DNA of 64,000 nucleotides. Origin: Candidatus Melainabacteria bacterium 17Bon1m (GTDB lineage Bacteria; Cyanobacteriota; Vampirovibrionia; Obscuribacterales; Obscuribacteraceae). The stretch is taken from the NCBI GenBank assembly GCA_032128875.1, contig JAVLKG010000002.1, positions 672,001 through 736,000 on the forward strand, in the 5' to 3' direction. Numbering within the stretch: the stretch's first letter is position 1; every line of letters starts with the position of its first letter. Below are positions 8,556-19,379 of this stretch, piece after piece. The notes beneath the pieces are model-generated. The model was not told where the DNA came from. It saw nothing but the letters and a program-made list of their open reading frames with translations, and did no database searches. The translations under genes were made by a program, and so were the position numbers.

Positions 8556-8833
8556 TTACGCTGTCCCTTCTGTTAGCGAAATAGTGATCGAGATTTCCGG
8601 GTTGCCGACGAGACTCTTGTCTCTGGGCAGGTTGCCTAAACTGCATTGCCTGCCGAATTCACCAATGCCCAACGCGAGCCAGTGACGAAGACCATGATAA
8701 AGCCGATGCCTGCTGGCGTATAGCCTTTGCAACGTTACCTAACTGAAAATTATCATAATGTTGAAGAATGGCTTGGGTTGCGGGAGAAAACCAGATTGAG
8801 CCAAGTGCGGTATGAGGAGCTAAAATAGACTCT

Positions 8834-9667
8834 ATGATTAAACTTCCTGCACGCATTTTAGTTGTTGTTGCCCTTGCTGGGCTGGTCTACGGCGTTTTTA
8901 GTGTGTCTAGAATGAACTCTTCGCCTGCTCAAGATGTGGCTCCGCCGGGATGCAGCGAGGGGGGCGAACCTGGGTCGTCAGAACCAGGAGCGGCCGGTGG
9001 AAGTCCAGGATCGGTGGGCGGCAACCCCGGATCGTCGGGCGGAAGTACTGGTGCGGGCGCAAACTCCGGAGCGATGCCCGGAAACTCTGGCTCGGCGGGT
9101 GCCGGTTCTTCAGACTCAGGTGGTTCGGGAGATCCGGATGGAACTGTTAGCAGTGTGGTAAACCCCAATGAGGGCGCCTTCGAATGGACGCTCGAGCGCA
9201 TGCTTTTAGCGACGCCGATGCCCATGACTGGCGAAGAACGCTCGTTTCTTTTCAAACATCCGCCACTCGAGCAGCTCCTAAGCTGGAAGCAAGCGGATTT
9301 TGACCAATATATTGCTGATCCTCTAGGGCTCAAACACGCAGCCGAAGAGGGGGTGCGCTGGCGCGGACTATCCGCAATGCTGAAGAGACAAGCCACTGCC
9401 GGTGCCAGGTTTTTCGGTGACAAAGACGAAGCACCAATTTTTCATAGCTCGTCAGATTTTCGCGGTGCAGAATTCGAGAATTTCGATTTTGACCAATTTT
9501 CTCTTGGTTTGAAGAAAGACCCGATTGGCGCATTTATCAAAATGCGACAATGGCGTCAGGAAATAAAGATCCGTGCCGCTCTTGTCGAATCCATGCGCAA
9601 GAAAGCCGCCCAACAAGGGAAGACAGAAGAGTTCGAAAAGGCGATCGATGATAGTGGTTCGAACTAG
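8834..9667 (+). CDS. Exported hypothetical protein with Gly/Ser-rich linker
   Basis: N-terminal TM/signal segment, long GS-rich low-complexity tract, helical C-terminal domain. Confidence 0.65.
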   Translation: MIKLPARILVVVALAGLVYGVFSVSRMNSSPAQDVAPPGCSEGGEPGSSEPGAAGGSPGSVGGNPGSSGGSTGAGANSGAMPGNSGSAGAGSSDSGGSGDPDGTVSSVVNPNEGAFEWTLERMLLATPMPMTGEERSFLFKHPPLEQLLSWKQADFDQYIADPLGLKHAAEEGVRWRGLSAMLKRQATAGARFFGDKDEAPIFHSSSDFRGAEFENFDFDQFSLGLKKDPIGAFIKMRQWRQEIKIRAALVESMRKKAAQQGKTEEFEKAIDDSGSN

Positions 9668-10077
9668 CTAACCAGCATGGTCCATTCCATGATGACGATA
9701 ATGGTTACTGCAATTGCGGTAAAAGCAATCCAGCCTGCCATGCGCCCCGGTGATGTTCTCAAAGCGAGGAAAGCCAGACCGGCAATTGCCATGTTGGCGA
9801 GCGCGATTAGTTTGCTCTCTGTTGGATAAAGCGTCATAGCCTGGAACACTTTGTGCATCACATCTGGTGCCAGCTCATATATAGCTGCGACACCAAGCAT
9901 CATGCCTCCGACGATAGTGGCTGGGTTTTGAAAAACGCGACCAAGTTCTTGCATCTCTTCTTCTACAGACATCGCCTGCAGAACTACTTTGTCTTCCTGC
10001 GCCGAAGCAACCGCACTGGTATCACCTTCGAGGTTCCAGTTGATTGTTTGTATATCGCGTTCTTTGATTGCCACCAT
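9664..10077 (-). CDS. Hypothetical membrane protein (about 3 TM)
   Basis: Three hydrophobic segments in the C-terminal two-thirds. Confidence 0.6.
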   Translation of the reverse strand: MVAIKERDIQTINWNLEGDTSAVASAQEDKVVLQAMSVEEEMQELGRVFQNPATIVGGMMLGVAAIYELAPDVMHKVFQAMTLYPTESKLIALANMAIAGLAFLALRTSPGRMAGWIAFTAIAVTIIVIMEWTMLVS

Positions 10078-10477
10078 TTGCCATGCCCTTCAAGAGAAAG
10101 CTGCCAAACAAATTCACATGCTAAGTGCGAACTCTGTCTGGTTTATAGCTAACTATCGCCGCCAAATCTATGCCTGGCAACACCATACTATGAAGTCAAG
10201 AGGAAGCAAAGGGGTTGAGAGCCTATCTGAAAGGAGATTAATCGCTGAGACCCGGATATACAGCTGTTTTTGATTAGAGAAGTGTCATGTTCGCCGAAGC
10301 CTACCCCTGTCTGTACACGCGTTGTTCACTCGCCGCGAGCAAAATACCATTGGCAGAATCTGCGAGGGTAGCGTGAGCCCAATTGCTAAACCCTCGCAGT
10401 GATGCCACTTATCCCTGTATCATGATTGCCTGAAAGCGAGCAGTCCCGCACGCATTGGGACACAGGAGTCAGTCGAA

Positions 10478-11434
10478 GTGGCTTACTATTTGGCACCGAT
10501 ATCTTTGGGTTTGGGCGACCTGATGGTCTCGCTTCCGGCTCTCCAGGCGTTGATCGCCACTGGTGAACCTACTTACCTGGTCAGTCGCTCACCTATGCAA
10601 GAAGGTCTGGAAGGGCGCATCTGCGGTTTGGCCGGCATGATACGCGAGATCGAATTTGATCCATCGGCGCTCTCGCCAGAAGACATTTTCTACAACCTGC
10701 GCGATCATCCACTCCAAACTGACTATATCTGGGGTGCAGGCGAGTTTGAACTGCGTTATCCGGGCTATAAAATCACCGAAGTTTTGAAAGGCATCTGCGC
10801 CGACTTCGGTATTGAGGCAGACTACTCAAAGCTCTTGCAATTACCTTTCAAAAAGCGTGAGGAGGTCGATAACGCCGTTGTTTTCGTGCCTGGTTCTGCA
10901 GGCATCGTGAAGTGCTGGCCTGCTTTTCATTGGTTGGAGTTAGCTGATCGGCTGAAGAAGCGTGGTATCAAATGTGCAGTTGTCGGCGAGCCTGAGCATT
11001 CTCCTGTCGTGCATGAATGTGTGGAGGGTGGACTAGCTCATATTCCAACACCGACTCTTGCCGAGGCTCTCGATGTTCTAAGCTCTGCTCGTTGTGTTGT
11101 TGCCGTTGATACTGGTTTGATGCACTTGGCGTTGCAACAAGGAGTGCCGACAGTTTCTCTCTTCAGATACAACGTTATGTTCCAGCGCGACTACCCTCAT
11201 GTTCGCAGTTTGAGCGCACCTCGCTGTCCGCAAGAATGCACAGATGTTGAGTACAGCGGAACACCGCATAAAATCGTCAGTTACGAGTCATTTGAGCCAG
11301 ACGAAAAGCGCCTTTACTGGGAAACTTGGCAATGTTCAAAGCAAAATTGGAAGGAGAGATGCATGGCATCGATTTTGCCAGAACACGTCCAAGCGGCAAT
11401 TGAGGATGTCGCTTCGCTGGTTCAAGTTAGTTAG
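10478..11434 (+). CDS. Glycosyltransferase family 9 (heptosyltransferase-like)
   Basis: GLGDL, KCWP, VVAVDTGLMHLA motifs. Confidence 0.85.
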   Translation: MAYYLAPISLGLGDLMVSLPALQALIATGEPTYLVSRSPMQEGLEGRICGLAGMIREIEFDPSALSPEDIFYNLRDHPLQTDYIWGAGEFELRYPGYKITEVLKGICADFGIEADYSKLLQLPFKKREEVDNAVVFVPGSAGIVKCWPAFHWLELADRLKKRGIKCAVVGEPEHSPVVHECVEGGLAHIPTPTLAEALDVLSSARCVVAVDTGLMHLALQQGVPTVSLFRYNVMFQRDYPHVRSLSAPRCPQECTDVEYSGTPHKIVSYESFEPDEKRLYWETWQCSKQNWKERCMASILPEHVQAAIEDVASLVQVS

Positions 11435-11451
11435 AGGACAGGGGGAGTACT

Positions 11452-12375
11452 TTGTCTGACAGCAGTTCTATTCATGACTTAGTAGTTGTTGGAGGCGGGC
11501 CCGCCGGTATCAGTTGTGCGCTGGAGTGTCACGAAAATGCACTTGATGTTGTTGTGCTGGAACGTGAAAAACGTGTCGGCGGGCAGCTTCCTCAAATACC
11601 TAGTCCTGTTTATAACTATGCTGCCGGTTTTTTTGAAAACGGCGAACAAATGCGCGACCAGATGGAAAAGGTTGCACAAATGTTTCTCACTGACCGCGTG
11701 AAGACTGGATGCGATGTCTTGAGTGTAAATCTGGCCAAAAAGGAAGTTACAACCAGCCAAGGAACTTACAAGGGAAAGACTATCCTTCTTTCCACCGGAT
11801 ATCGTGTAAGACGCCTTGAGATGCCTATTTCCGATGAGTATGCAGGTGATGTTCTCTACCGAAGTGGTATTCATCGCGAAGAGCTAAAAGGCAAAGAGGT
11901 CGTGATAATTGGCAGTGGAGATAGCGCCGTCTTCACCGCTCTAGATTTGACTGAATACTGCTCTCACATCACAGTGTTGGCTCGCAGCAACATGTTTAAG
12001 GCGCGACCGGATATAGTGGCACGAATGCGCGACAGCAAAATAATTGAAGTGCATACTAATTCGGTTGTTACTTCACTGCGTGGTAATGGAAAACTTGAAT
12101 CGATTATTGTGTCGAGTAAATCGGCTGAAATTGAGGTCAAATGCTCTAAGCTCATTGCGAAACTAGGTTACTTGCCTAATACCGAGCTGTTCAGCGATCA
12201 ATTAGAAAGTTCTCGTGGACACATAATTGTTAACTCGCAATTTGCCACTTCAATTGATGGCGTTTTTGCCGCAGGTGATATTGCCCAGCCCGGCTATGAT
12301 CGTGTTGCTTTTGCCGTAGGAAGCGGTGTTATGGCAGCCCGTTCAATCAGAGCCTTTCTTGGACAGACACCATAG
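11452..12375 (+). CDS. Thioredoxin-reductase-like FAD/NAD(P) oxidoreductase without CxxC
   Basis: VVVGGGPAG, IIGSGDSA, TSIDGVFAAGD motifs. Confidence 0.85.
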   Translation: MSDSSSIHDLVVVGGGPAGISCALECHENALDVVVLEREKRVGGQLPQIPSPVYNYAAGFFENGEQMRDQMEKVAQMFLTDRVKTGCDVLSVNLAKKEVTTSQGTYKGKTILLSTGYRVRRLEMPISDEYAGDVLYRSGIHREELKGKEVVIIGSGDSAVFTALDLTEYCSHITVLARSNMFKARPDIVARMRDSKIIEVHTNSVVTSLRGNGKLESIIVSSKSAEIEVKCSKLIAKLGYLPNTELFSDQLESSRGHIIVNSQFATSIDGVFAAGDIAQPGYDRVAFAVGSGVMAARSIRAFLGQTP

Positions 12376-12463
12376 ATTGCCTCAAGAATTAGATGCTGTT
12401 CACAGATTGGTCACTCGTGACGTTGTATTGTAAAAGAGCAATATCTGCATAACGAGTACGAAC

Positions 12464-13126
12464 ATGGAAGCTACAGTAACAGTTTTGCCTTGCACATTGA
12501 GAAGAAAGCCTGAGGATTCGCCGGCGACAAAATTCGCATCGGCGGTCCCGGAAGACAGTCTTGCGCGCGAAGTTGATCTGGCGAAGATCGAAACAGCTGT
12601 TGAAATGATTCTCGAAGCGATCGGTGAGAATCCAAAACGCGCTGGTCTGATCGACACGCCTCAGCGTGTAGCACGCCTGTATCAAGAGCTGTGCTACTCG
12701 ACTGGTATCGATGCCTCGTCAGAGATTAGCTGCAAATTTCAGGAAGAAACCGAAGGTCTGGTTCTCGTAAAAGACATCGAATTCACAAGCCTGTGTGAAC
12801 ATCATCTGGTTCCATTTACGGGCCGAGCACATGTTGCTTACCTGCCTACAAATGGTGTCATAACGGGTCTGTCCAAACTCGCAAGAGTAGTTGAATTGAC
12901 CGCTCGTCGTCTGCAAGTTCAAGAACGGATGACCGAGGAGATAGCTGACGCCGTCGCTAAAGGGATTGATGCGCAAGCCGTGTGTGTTTGCGTTGAAGCT
13001 GAACACATGTGTATGTCGATTCGCGGTATCAAAAAGCCTGGTGCCAAAACAGTCACTACTGCCTTCCGCGGTCTATTCAAAGAAGACCAGGCAATGCGCA
13101 GCGAAGTGCTTTCCTACTTGAAATAA
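12464..13126 (+). CDS. folE: GTP cyclohydrolase I
   Basis: DTPQRVAR, SLCEHHLVPF, GLSKLAR, RLQVQERMT, HMCMSIRG. Confidence 0.96.
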   Translation: MEATVTVLPCTLRRKPEDSPATKFASAVPEDSLAREVDLAKIETAVEMILEAIGENPKRAGLIDTPQRVARLYQELCYSTGIDASSEISCKFQEETEGLVLVKDIEFTSLCEHHLVPFTGRAHVAYLPTNGVITGLSKLARVVELTARRLQVQERMTEEIADAVAKGIDAQAVCVCVEAEHMCMSIRGIKKPGAKTVTTAFRGLFKEDQAMRSEVLSYLK

Positions 13127-13160
13127 CAGACTTCAATCCGTAACTGGAAATTGTTTTTGT

Positions 13161-14411
13161 TTATGCTTCCACTCCCCATTGAAGCAGGTGTTTTACGCTG
13201 CCGACATCTTGCACGAAGTCAACATAATGAGTAGAGCCGTTTTCAGTAATTTGAATCTTTTCGTTGTCGACTGCAAGCAGCTTGACTCCATGCATGCGTA
13301 GCACGTCACCTTGCGTTCTTGCAAAGTTGAATGCGAATTCTACTTGCTGATCCGGTGGAAGCTTGTCGAAGTATTCAGATAACTGCGCAAAATTGCGTTG
13401 GAAATCTAGCGCTGGATCATGATGGTCGGCGTTGTTCCAGCGAAGATCGTCACCGTCGCGTCCTCCCAGACCGGCAGCTACTTTCGAATTCCAGAAGTTT
13501 GGAACCTGCCCGTCATTCGCTTTTGTACGCATAAATTTGGTAAGGTCGATTTCTTTTGGAATTCCGTAGTGAGCTTTGAACTCTTCTTGGCTTAGCGCAA
13601 CATCAGCGCCTTCAACTCGGAAGTGATCTGCAGGAGCGTTGGGACTAGTGACTACGCGTGATGGTTGCCGAACTTCCTGACGCTGATTTTGAACCTCAGT
13701 TGGTTTTGTCCAACCCATATCATTATTGTTGCTTGCATAATCACTGTTTTGCTGCTGGCGGTCGGCGCGAATCATGCGATCGTTGTCTTTGTTAGCCATG
13801 ACAAAATAGGCCATGTCACTGTAAGAAATCTCTTTGTGGCCATCCATGCGCGAGATTTGCTTGAAGTTGTTCTTGATCAGCATAAGGTCTGCCAACTCTT
13901 GCTGCGGAATAAGATGGCCAACGCGCTCAATATAGTTTTTCAGTTCTTTTTCGCTGATGCGGTCGTTGTGCTTGCCACTATTGATGAAAGGACCATGTTT
14001 ATCGAGAGTCGACATCAACTCTCTCGACGTGCGGAACAAGTCGACATTTTCTTGTTGTCCATATTCCCTGTCTGCGCGATAACCTCGGTCCCGAAAGTTT
14101 TCTCTGCCGCCAAAGTTTTCTCTGCCGCCAAAGTGTCCTCTGCCTCCACGGTCGAAGCGATCGTTTGCAGAGTCGATAGAAAAATCGATAGAGAAATCAT
14201 CCCTTATTTCGGGTTGTCTTCTCCAAAAGTTGCGGTCAACGCCACCGCGTCCAAACGTTTGTTGTATAACATCAGCAAAAACGTTTTCGACAGCCTCGTG
14301 AGGAGCGAATCCCCTGTTCAGTTCCTGAATAGGATCATGTTCGCGTAATGTCGAGTGAATCTCTTCGACGGCGCGTATAGGGTCTGGCCTGAAGTTTGGC
14401 GAAGAAACCAT
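13161..14411 (-). CDS. Hypothetical protein with RG-rich region and EF-hand-like segments
   Basis: 416-aa ORF; GGRENF repeat; NDRISEKEL and DGHKEISYSDM resemble EF-hand loops. Confidence 0.6.
   Translation of the reverse strand: MVSSPNFRPDPIRAVEEIHSTLREHDPIQELNRGFAPHEAVENVFADVIQQTFGRGGVDRNFWRRQPEIRDDFSIDFSIDSANDRFDRGGRGHFGGRENFGGRENFRDRGYRADREYGQQENVDLFRTSRELMSTLDKHGPFINSGKHNDRISEKELKNYIERVGHLIPQQELADLMLIKNNFKQISRMDGHKEISYSDMAYFVMANKDNDRMIRADRQQQNSDYASNNNDMGWTKPTEVQNQRQEVRQPSRVVTSPNAPADHFRVEGADVALSQEEFKAHYGIPKEIDLTKFMRTKANDGQVPNFWNSKVAAGLGGRDGDDLRWNNADHHDPALDFQRNFAQLSEYFDKLPPDQQVEFAFNFARTQGDVLRMHGVKLLAVDNEKIQITENGSTHYVDFVQDVGSVKHLLQWGVEA
14094..14134 (-). repeat. 18-bp in-frame tandem duplication (encodes GGRENF twice)
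   Basis: aaagttttctctgccgcc occurs twice, followed by aaagt. Confidence 0.85.
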
Positions 14412-14666
14412 GAGGTGGGCTCCTTGTATCTAGGGTGTTAGTAAATGTTCGCCTGGGAGGAACTTTTTAGAGCTGCGAAGCTCAATAACCAGCAAACGAG
14501 GAAATTGGTTTGCACACCACAGTTATAAAGGGGGCGAGGCGGCAAGATGTTACCGACTTGTGAACATCCTCGATATGGTAAATTTCTACAGCGAAAGGTT
14601 CGCCTGACGAGGTTTTGCGCTCTTTGAGTCCAAAACCATACTTAGTTCTTTCTGGAGGGACTTGAG

Positions 14667-15248
14667 ATGGTACTTGTGAATTCAACAATGAGAGAACTTG
14701 GGTCTTCTGCTCCGGACTTTTCCCTTCCCAGCGTGACTGACGGTAAAAGCTATAGCTTGAGCTCTTTTGCGGATAAGAAGGCACTCCTTATCATTTTTGC
14801 TTGCCGTCATTGCCCATATGTCGTTCACATTAAGGACGAGCTGGCTAAGTTGGGCAATGATTATGCCAATGAAGATATTGCAATCGTCGCCATCTCATCA
14901 AATGATGCTGAGAATCACAAGGATGACGCGCCGGACAAACTGAAAGAGTTCGCGCAGGAATTAAAACTGACCTATCCTTTCCTGTATGACGAATCTCAGG
15001 CAGTTGCAAAAGACTACACTGCTGCTTGCACGCCTGATTTCTTTCTCTACGATGAAAAGCGCAAACTTGCTTACAGAGGGCAACTAGATGGTTCTCGTCC
15101 AGGCAATAGCATCCCCGTGACTGGTGAAGATTTGCGCGCCGCTATAGATTGCGTATTGAAGGGCAATCCTGTTTCGGCTGACCAGAAGCCGAGTGCCGGT
15201 TGCAATATTAAGTGGAAAGCCGGAAACGCGCCTGCTTACTTCGGTTAG
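14667..15248 (+). CDS. Thioredoxin-family (AhpC/TSA-like) protein
   Basis: APDFSL, CRHCPYV, AACTPDFF, YRGQLD, GCNIKW. Confidence 0.9.
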   Translation: MVLVNSTMRELGSSAPDFSLPSVTDGKSYSLSSFADKKALLIIFACRHCPYVVHIKDELAKLGNDYANEDIAIVAISSNDAENHKDDAPDKLKEFAQELKLTYPFLYDESQAVAKDYTAACTPDFFLYDEKRKLAYRGQLDGSRPGNSIPVTGEDLRAAIDCVLKGNPVSADQKPSAGCNIKWKAGNAPAYFG

Positions 15249-15400
15249 AGACAATTGGCAGCAAATATTCTTTGGCGCCTCTCCTCAAACAAAATAAAAA
15301 TCTTGACATGCGGAAACTATTAGGTCTGTGACACAGTCACCGACTCGTGCGACTATTACCTATGACCGAAGAATGAGTTTTATGGCTCTCGCATCTGGAG

Positions 15401-17701
15401 GTGCGGAAAGCTGCCTTAATGAATTTCGCCCGGATTCCCCAAAAAAATGCGTTGAGCAACTGCACAAAGCCGAAACATTCTTTTGTTTTCATGGCGGCAA
15501 GTGTTCAGACAATGTTGGCGATTCTTCTGACTTACACGATACTTTCAAGTTGTGGATTTCTGCAACACAGAGAAGCCATTAAGGTCGACTACGAAGTCCA
15601 AGTCACTGATCCCAGCGTCAAGCGACTGACCGAGGTAACTTCAAGCATCAGGCTTGTAGCTAGCGGTGAGTTTACTCCTGGCACTTATACGATCGGGAAA
15701 ACTCCCGTTTCTATTCCGCCGAACACAAGCTTTGAATTGAAGTTGGCAATGCCTGTCACCGATCCAAAGGTTATTTCGGCTCACGACGCTACAGGGACAT
15801 TTACTGTCAGCCGCCCCATCAGTGTTATGGCTGTGCCTGTACCGCTGACAATTTCCCTCTACAAAGGCACCGTCAGTGGTGAAGTCGATCTCGTTCGCGG
15901 TCTGGCTGCCTTCTTTATCAACTTACTCCAAGTTGGTGTTATTAGTGGTGATACGCACCAGATGATACACAGCATGAAGATTCATAAGGCTGAAATGGAT
16001 CTTCGTCCTGGAGCCGTTTTGCGCTTTGGTCCGAAGGCGGTAATTGTTGGTCCTGATTCATTTGTCTCGTTGACTGATGTATCTGTGGATCGACTTCTAA
16101 ACTATCAAGCGAAGTGCAAAATCAACGTCAACTTTGCCAAAAATTGTAAATGGATGGGTAAACGAGTTGATACCGAATTTGATGGCGGTAAGGCTTATGT
16201 TGAGGGACGAGCGATAAGACGTGGTAACCAGCTTACTCTGTCAATTGTGCCAGAATCTGAGAAACCGTCTGAGATTGTGATGAGGACTTGCAAGTTTAGC
16301 TTTGGCAAATTCAAGCGATGCCACGCTATCAGTGATGAATGCGTGCTGCACTTGAAAGAATATTCTTTGCGGCACACAACCGGTAGTGAAGAAGACAGCA
16401 TGCACCTTCTTTCCGCTATGGATTTGAAAGGCACGAATCTCAGACTGAAAACCGACATTCATCAAACGGATGCATACTTTCCGGACACAGTTCCTGCCAT
16501 GTTGCAGGTTGATTTGACGCCTGGCAGCGATGCTTCCACCCACTTCTCGACAGAGGGCGATGCCATTGCAGAGTCCGGAACAATTACAATCTCCAAAAAA
16601 TCGACTCACTTAACTCTGTATTTGGGTAATACCAAAATCGGGAAGGTTTCTTACGATAAATTTGGTTCTCTTGCATTCGTTCTCGAAAAGGGAACCTCAA
16701 AGCTGAAGCAGTTGGATTGGCAGGGTAATAAGAGCAAGTTCACACTCACAACCGCTAGCGATTCGACGCTCACTTTGCCGAGCAGCATGCTTTTGGAAAA
16801 AACCGAAAGCACAGAGCCGACAAAATTGAAGTTGCCTCTTGTTGTCGAGTTCGGCGAAGGAGAGTTGCGCACGCCCAAGAGTGTTATTCAACTTGCCGAC
16901 TTGAACGGAAAACTCTTTCTCAATGTCGACAAAGAAGTACAGCTCAATAGCTCCGTAGACTTCACGATTCAGCACTCTAAACTTCTTGGTGCAGAGGAAG
17001 TTGACGTAAAAGTTAGAGGCATTGACCTTTCAATGGTTCAAAACCGCGCTAACTTGCACCTGAATTCTTGCAATTTAGTACTGCCGGAGAAGGCGCTTGC
17101 AGAAGCAATTTCAAAACGAATTCCCGATCACCTCAACTTGGATTTGGATAAAACTATTTCAGAAGATAAGCGTTGGCGTTATCGAAACGCGAAGGCTAAG
17201 GCGGTGAGGATTGACGATCTTGTTATATCTGATATGAAGGCAAAAGGCTCTGGTTCTCTCTCTTTCACCGCCACTGGTAATGCTGTAATAGAAGGCACCG
17301 TTGAAAAAGGAAACATCATTCTCAAAACGGATAATTGGAAAGAATGTCCCTGGACCTTGGAAGCTGAATTGACTGGAGAAGGTTCTGTCAAATATGCGAT
17401 TGTTGGTGACACAGATTCTTCAAGAAGCCGGGTCAAATATGATTTGACCATGGATTTACCTTTGCCGGCGAACATGCGCTTGGACTGGAGCAAAGTTACG
17501 AGCGGTTTGCTTAGAATCGCTGAGCGAAAAATCATCGTTAAGCGGCTGCGAAAAGTCACAGTCCCGGTTTCCCACAAGGGAGAGATTGACTTGTTCGAGG
17601 CAGGCGACTCGCGCTGGAAGAATTTCAAGCTGACGAAAGTGGCGATCAAAACCAAAGGCGACGATATTAACATCGATTTCACTGCGGACGCGGTGTTCTA
17701 G
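15401..17701 (+). CDS. Large beta-rich hypothetical protein, probable lipoprotein
   Basis: Hydrophobic stretch ending in LSSC lipobox; true start is probably downstream of 15401. Confidence 0.65.
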   Translation: MRKAALMNFARIPQKNALSNCTKPKHSFVFMAASVQTMLAILLTYTILSSCGFLQHREAIKVDYEVQVTDPSVKRLTEVTSSIRLVASGEFTPGTYTIGKTPVSIPPNTSFELKLAMPVTDPKVISAHDATGTFTVSRPISVMAVPVPLTISLYKGTVSGEVDLVRGLAAFFINLLQVGVISGDTHQMIHSMKIHKAEMDLRPGAVLRFGPKAVIVGPDSFVSLTDVSVDRLLNYQAKCKINVNFAKNCKWMGKRVDTEFDGGKAYVEGRAIRRGNQLTLSIVPESEKPSEIVMRTCKFSFGKFKRCHAISDECVLHLKEYSLRHTTGSEEDSMHLLSAMDLKGTNLRLKTDIHQTDAYFPDTVPAMLQVDLTPGSDASTHFSTEGDAIAESGTITISKKSTHLTLYLGNTKIGKVSYDKFGSLAFVLEKGTSKLKQLDWQGNKSKFTLTTASDSTLTLPSSMLLEKTESTEPTKLKLPLVVEFGEGELRTPKSVIQLADLNGKLFLNVDKEVQLNSSVDFTIQHSKLLGAEEVDVKVRGIDLSMVQNRANLHLNSCNLVLPEKALAEAISKRIPDHLNLDLDKTISEDKRWRYRNAKAKAVRIDDLVISDMKAKGSGSLSFTATGNAVIEGTVEKGNIILKTDNWKECPWTLEAELTGEGSVKYAIVGDTDSSRSRVKYDLTMDLPLPANMRLDWSKVTSGLLRIAERKIIVKRLRKVTVPVSHKGEIDLFEAGDSRWKNFKLTKVAIKTKGDDINIDFTADAVF

Positions 17702-17754
17702 AGTCAATATTAGACCTGCCGATTAAAGGGCATAAGAGTTAGCATCCTGACTCT

Positions 17755-19281
17755 ATGGACTTAGATATGTACTGGCGCTTCTTTTTTTCCTTGTTTTTCT
17801 GCACATTCTGCGTCTTCGATGTGTTGTCGCCCGCAGTGTGTCCTTCTGTAGCGGCTGCAGATATCAAAGAATCGTCGGATGGTATTGACTCCTCTGTGAC
17901 TAAGCCACTTTTTGACGAAGTGTCAAAGCTTGTCAAAATGTTTTATCCCAATGCAAAAGTTAGTCAGGTCGGAACGAAAATCCATTTCGAGTTTAAGGCG
18001 GCGCCACAGATTTCGACCAGAACTCATCTAACCGTAATTGGTCCCAAGCAAGGCGGTATTCTCGGAGATGTCGAGGTCAAGAAAGGTTCTTCGACCATTC
18101 ATGAACAGATCCAAAACGAGTATTACTATCAGACGATTTTGCTTGCTCCATATTCCGCTCATCACGATTGCCATCTTCAAGTAAAACTCTCTTACCCTCC
18201 TGAGACCAGCCCAGATTTCGTAGATAGGTTTAAGGGGGTGATAAAGGACTTTGACGACTCTTTGCCTGCAGCACCAAAAGTTGCAGGGCAGAAGGAAAAT
18301 AGTTCTACTGATGTTGATGTCTCTGCAAGTAGTGCGATTTCAACAACTGTTTCTGCCAGTGCTGCTCCAATAATTCCGGTTTTACCGCAGGCTTCCCAAG
18401 TTTTTCAAAAACCGAAAGATACGCAACGCAAGTTGTTTTTTTGGAAAGCAAAACGTGGCTCTGATGTTGTCTATCTTCTGGGTACTATTCATGCGGCTCC
18501 CTCTACTTTGTATCCGCTTCCTCGCGAAATCGAATCAGCGTTTGATTCGAGTCGTTGTCTGCTTGTAGAAGTGAATATCGAGAAAGCAAAAATCGATCCG
18601 GAAAAGATTCAACAACTAGTAAATACTTCTGGTAAATACACAGCTCCAGATAAGTTGAGCAAACATCTATCGCCAGGCACCAAGCGTGTCTTCGAAGCCT
18701 ATCTCAGTTGGGCCGGTGAGTCATGGGCTATGTACGAACAGTATAAGCCATGGTACACGCGAGAATTGATTTCTGTTCCGCGGCGTGGCGAGTTGTCTAA
18801 GATGAAGAAAGCTTATGGCATTGACTTGCATTTTCTTCAGAAAGCGGCCGCACAGAAAAAGCCTGTTGAGGATTTTGAAACCGTTGAATTTCAGCTAGCG
18901 CTCGACTCCAAACTCTCAGAGGATGTCCAAGACAAGCTTTTGCAAGTTACACTTCTCGAATTGAAAGACACCGAAAGGACTATGGCCTCAATCTTTGACG
19001 CGTGGAAATCCGGCGATATGGAGAAGATGGAAAAGGTAGCAGTACATGAATCCGTCGACAATCCCGACCTCATACCTTTCACCATGGCACTTCTAAATAA
19101 CCGAAATGTCGCTATGGCGGCAAAAATCGACCCTTTCCTTAAAACCAAGGGCAGCCCGCTCTTTGTGGCAGTAGGATCTGCGCACATGGTCGGAGAATCA
19201 GGGCTGGTTAACCTTCTGAAGAAAAAGGGATTCGAGGTTGAACAAGTCACGGTAGTTCCGGTGGAGCAGAAGGCTCGCTAG
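17755..19281 (+). CDS. TraB/GumN-family protein with extra N-terminal domain
   Basis: YLLGTIH, GIDLHF, FETVEFQ, RNVAM, FVAVGSAHM. Confidence 0.85.
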   Translation: MDLDMYWRFFFSLFFCTFCVFDVLSPAVCPSVAAADIKESSDGIDSSVTKPLFDEVSKLVKMFYPNAKVSQVGTKIHFEFKAAPQISTRTHLTVIGPKQGGILGDVEVKKGSSTIHEQIQNEYYYQTILLAPYSAHHDCHLQVKLSYPPETSPDFVDRFKGVIKDFDDSLPAAPKVAGQKENSSTDVDVSASSAISTTVSASAAPIIPVLPQASQVFQKPKDTQRKLFFWKAKRGSDVVYLLGTIHAAPSTLYPLPREIESAFDSSRCLLVEVNIEKAKIDPEKIQQLVNTSGKYTAPDKLSKHLSPGTKRVFEAYLSWAGESWAMYEQYKPWYTRELISVPRRGELSKMKKAYGIDLHFLQKAAAQKKPVEDFETVEFQLALDSKLSEDVQDKLLQVTLLELKDTERTMASIFDAWKSGDMEKMEKVAVHESVDNPDLIPFTMALLNNRNVAMAAKIDPFLKTKGSPLFVAVGSAHMVGESGLVNLLKKKGFEVEQVTVVPVEQKAR

Positions 19282-19296
19282 CGGAAGATTCGGTAG

Positions 19297-19325
19297 CGCA
19301 AGCCCTTGAGGCACAAGGGTTTGCG
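19297..19325 (+). terminator. Stem-loop between the two paralogous genes
   Basis: CGCAAGCCCTTG-aggca-CAAGGGTTTGCG; lacks a strong U-tract. Confidence 0.45.
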
Positions 19326-19379
19326 GCTCCTGTTTATAAATAATGGGGCAGTGGCACCTTACATATAAGTGCCCTAGTT

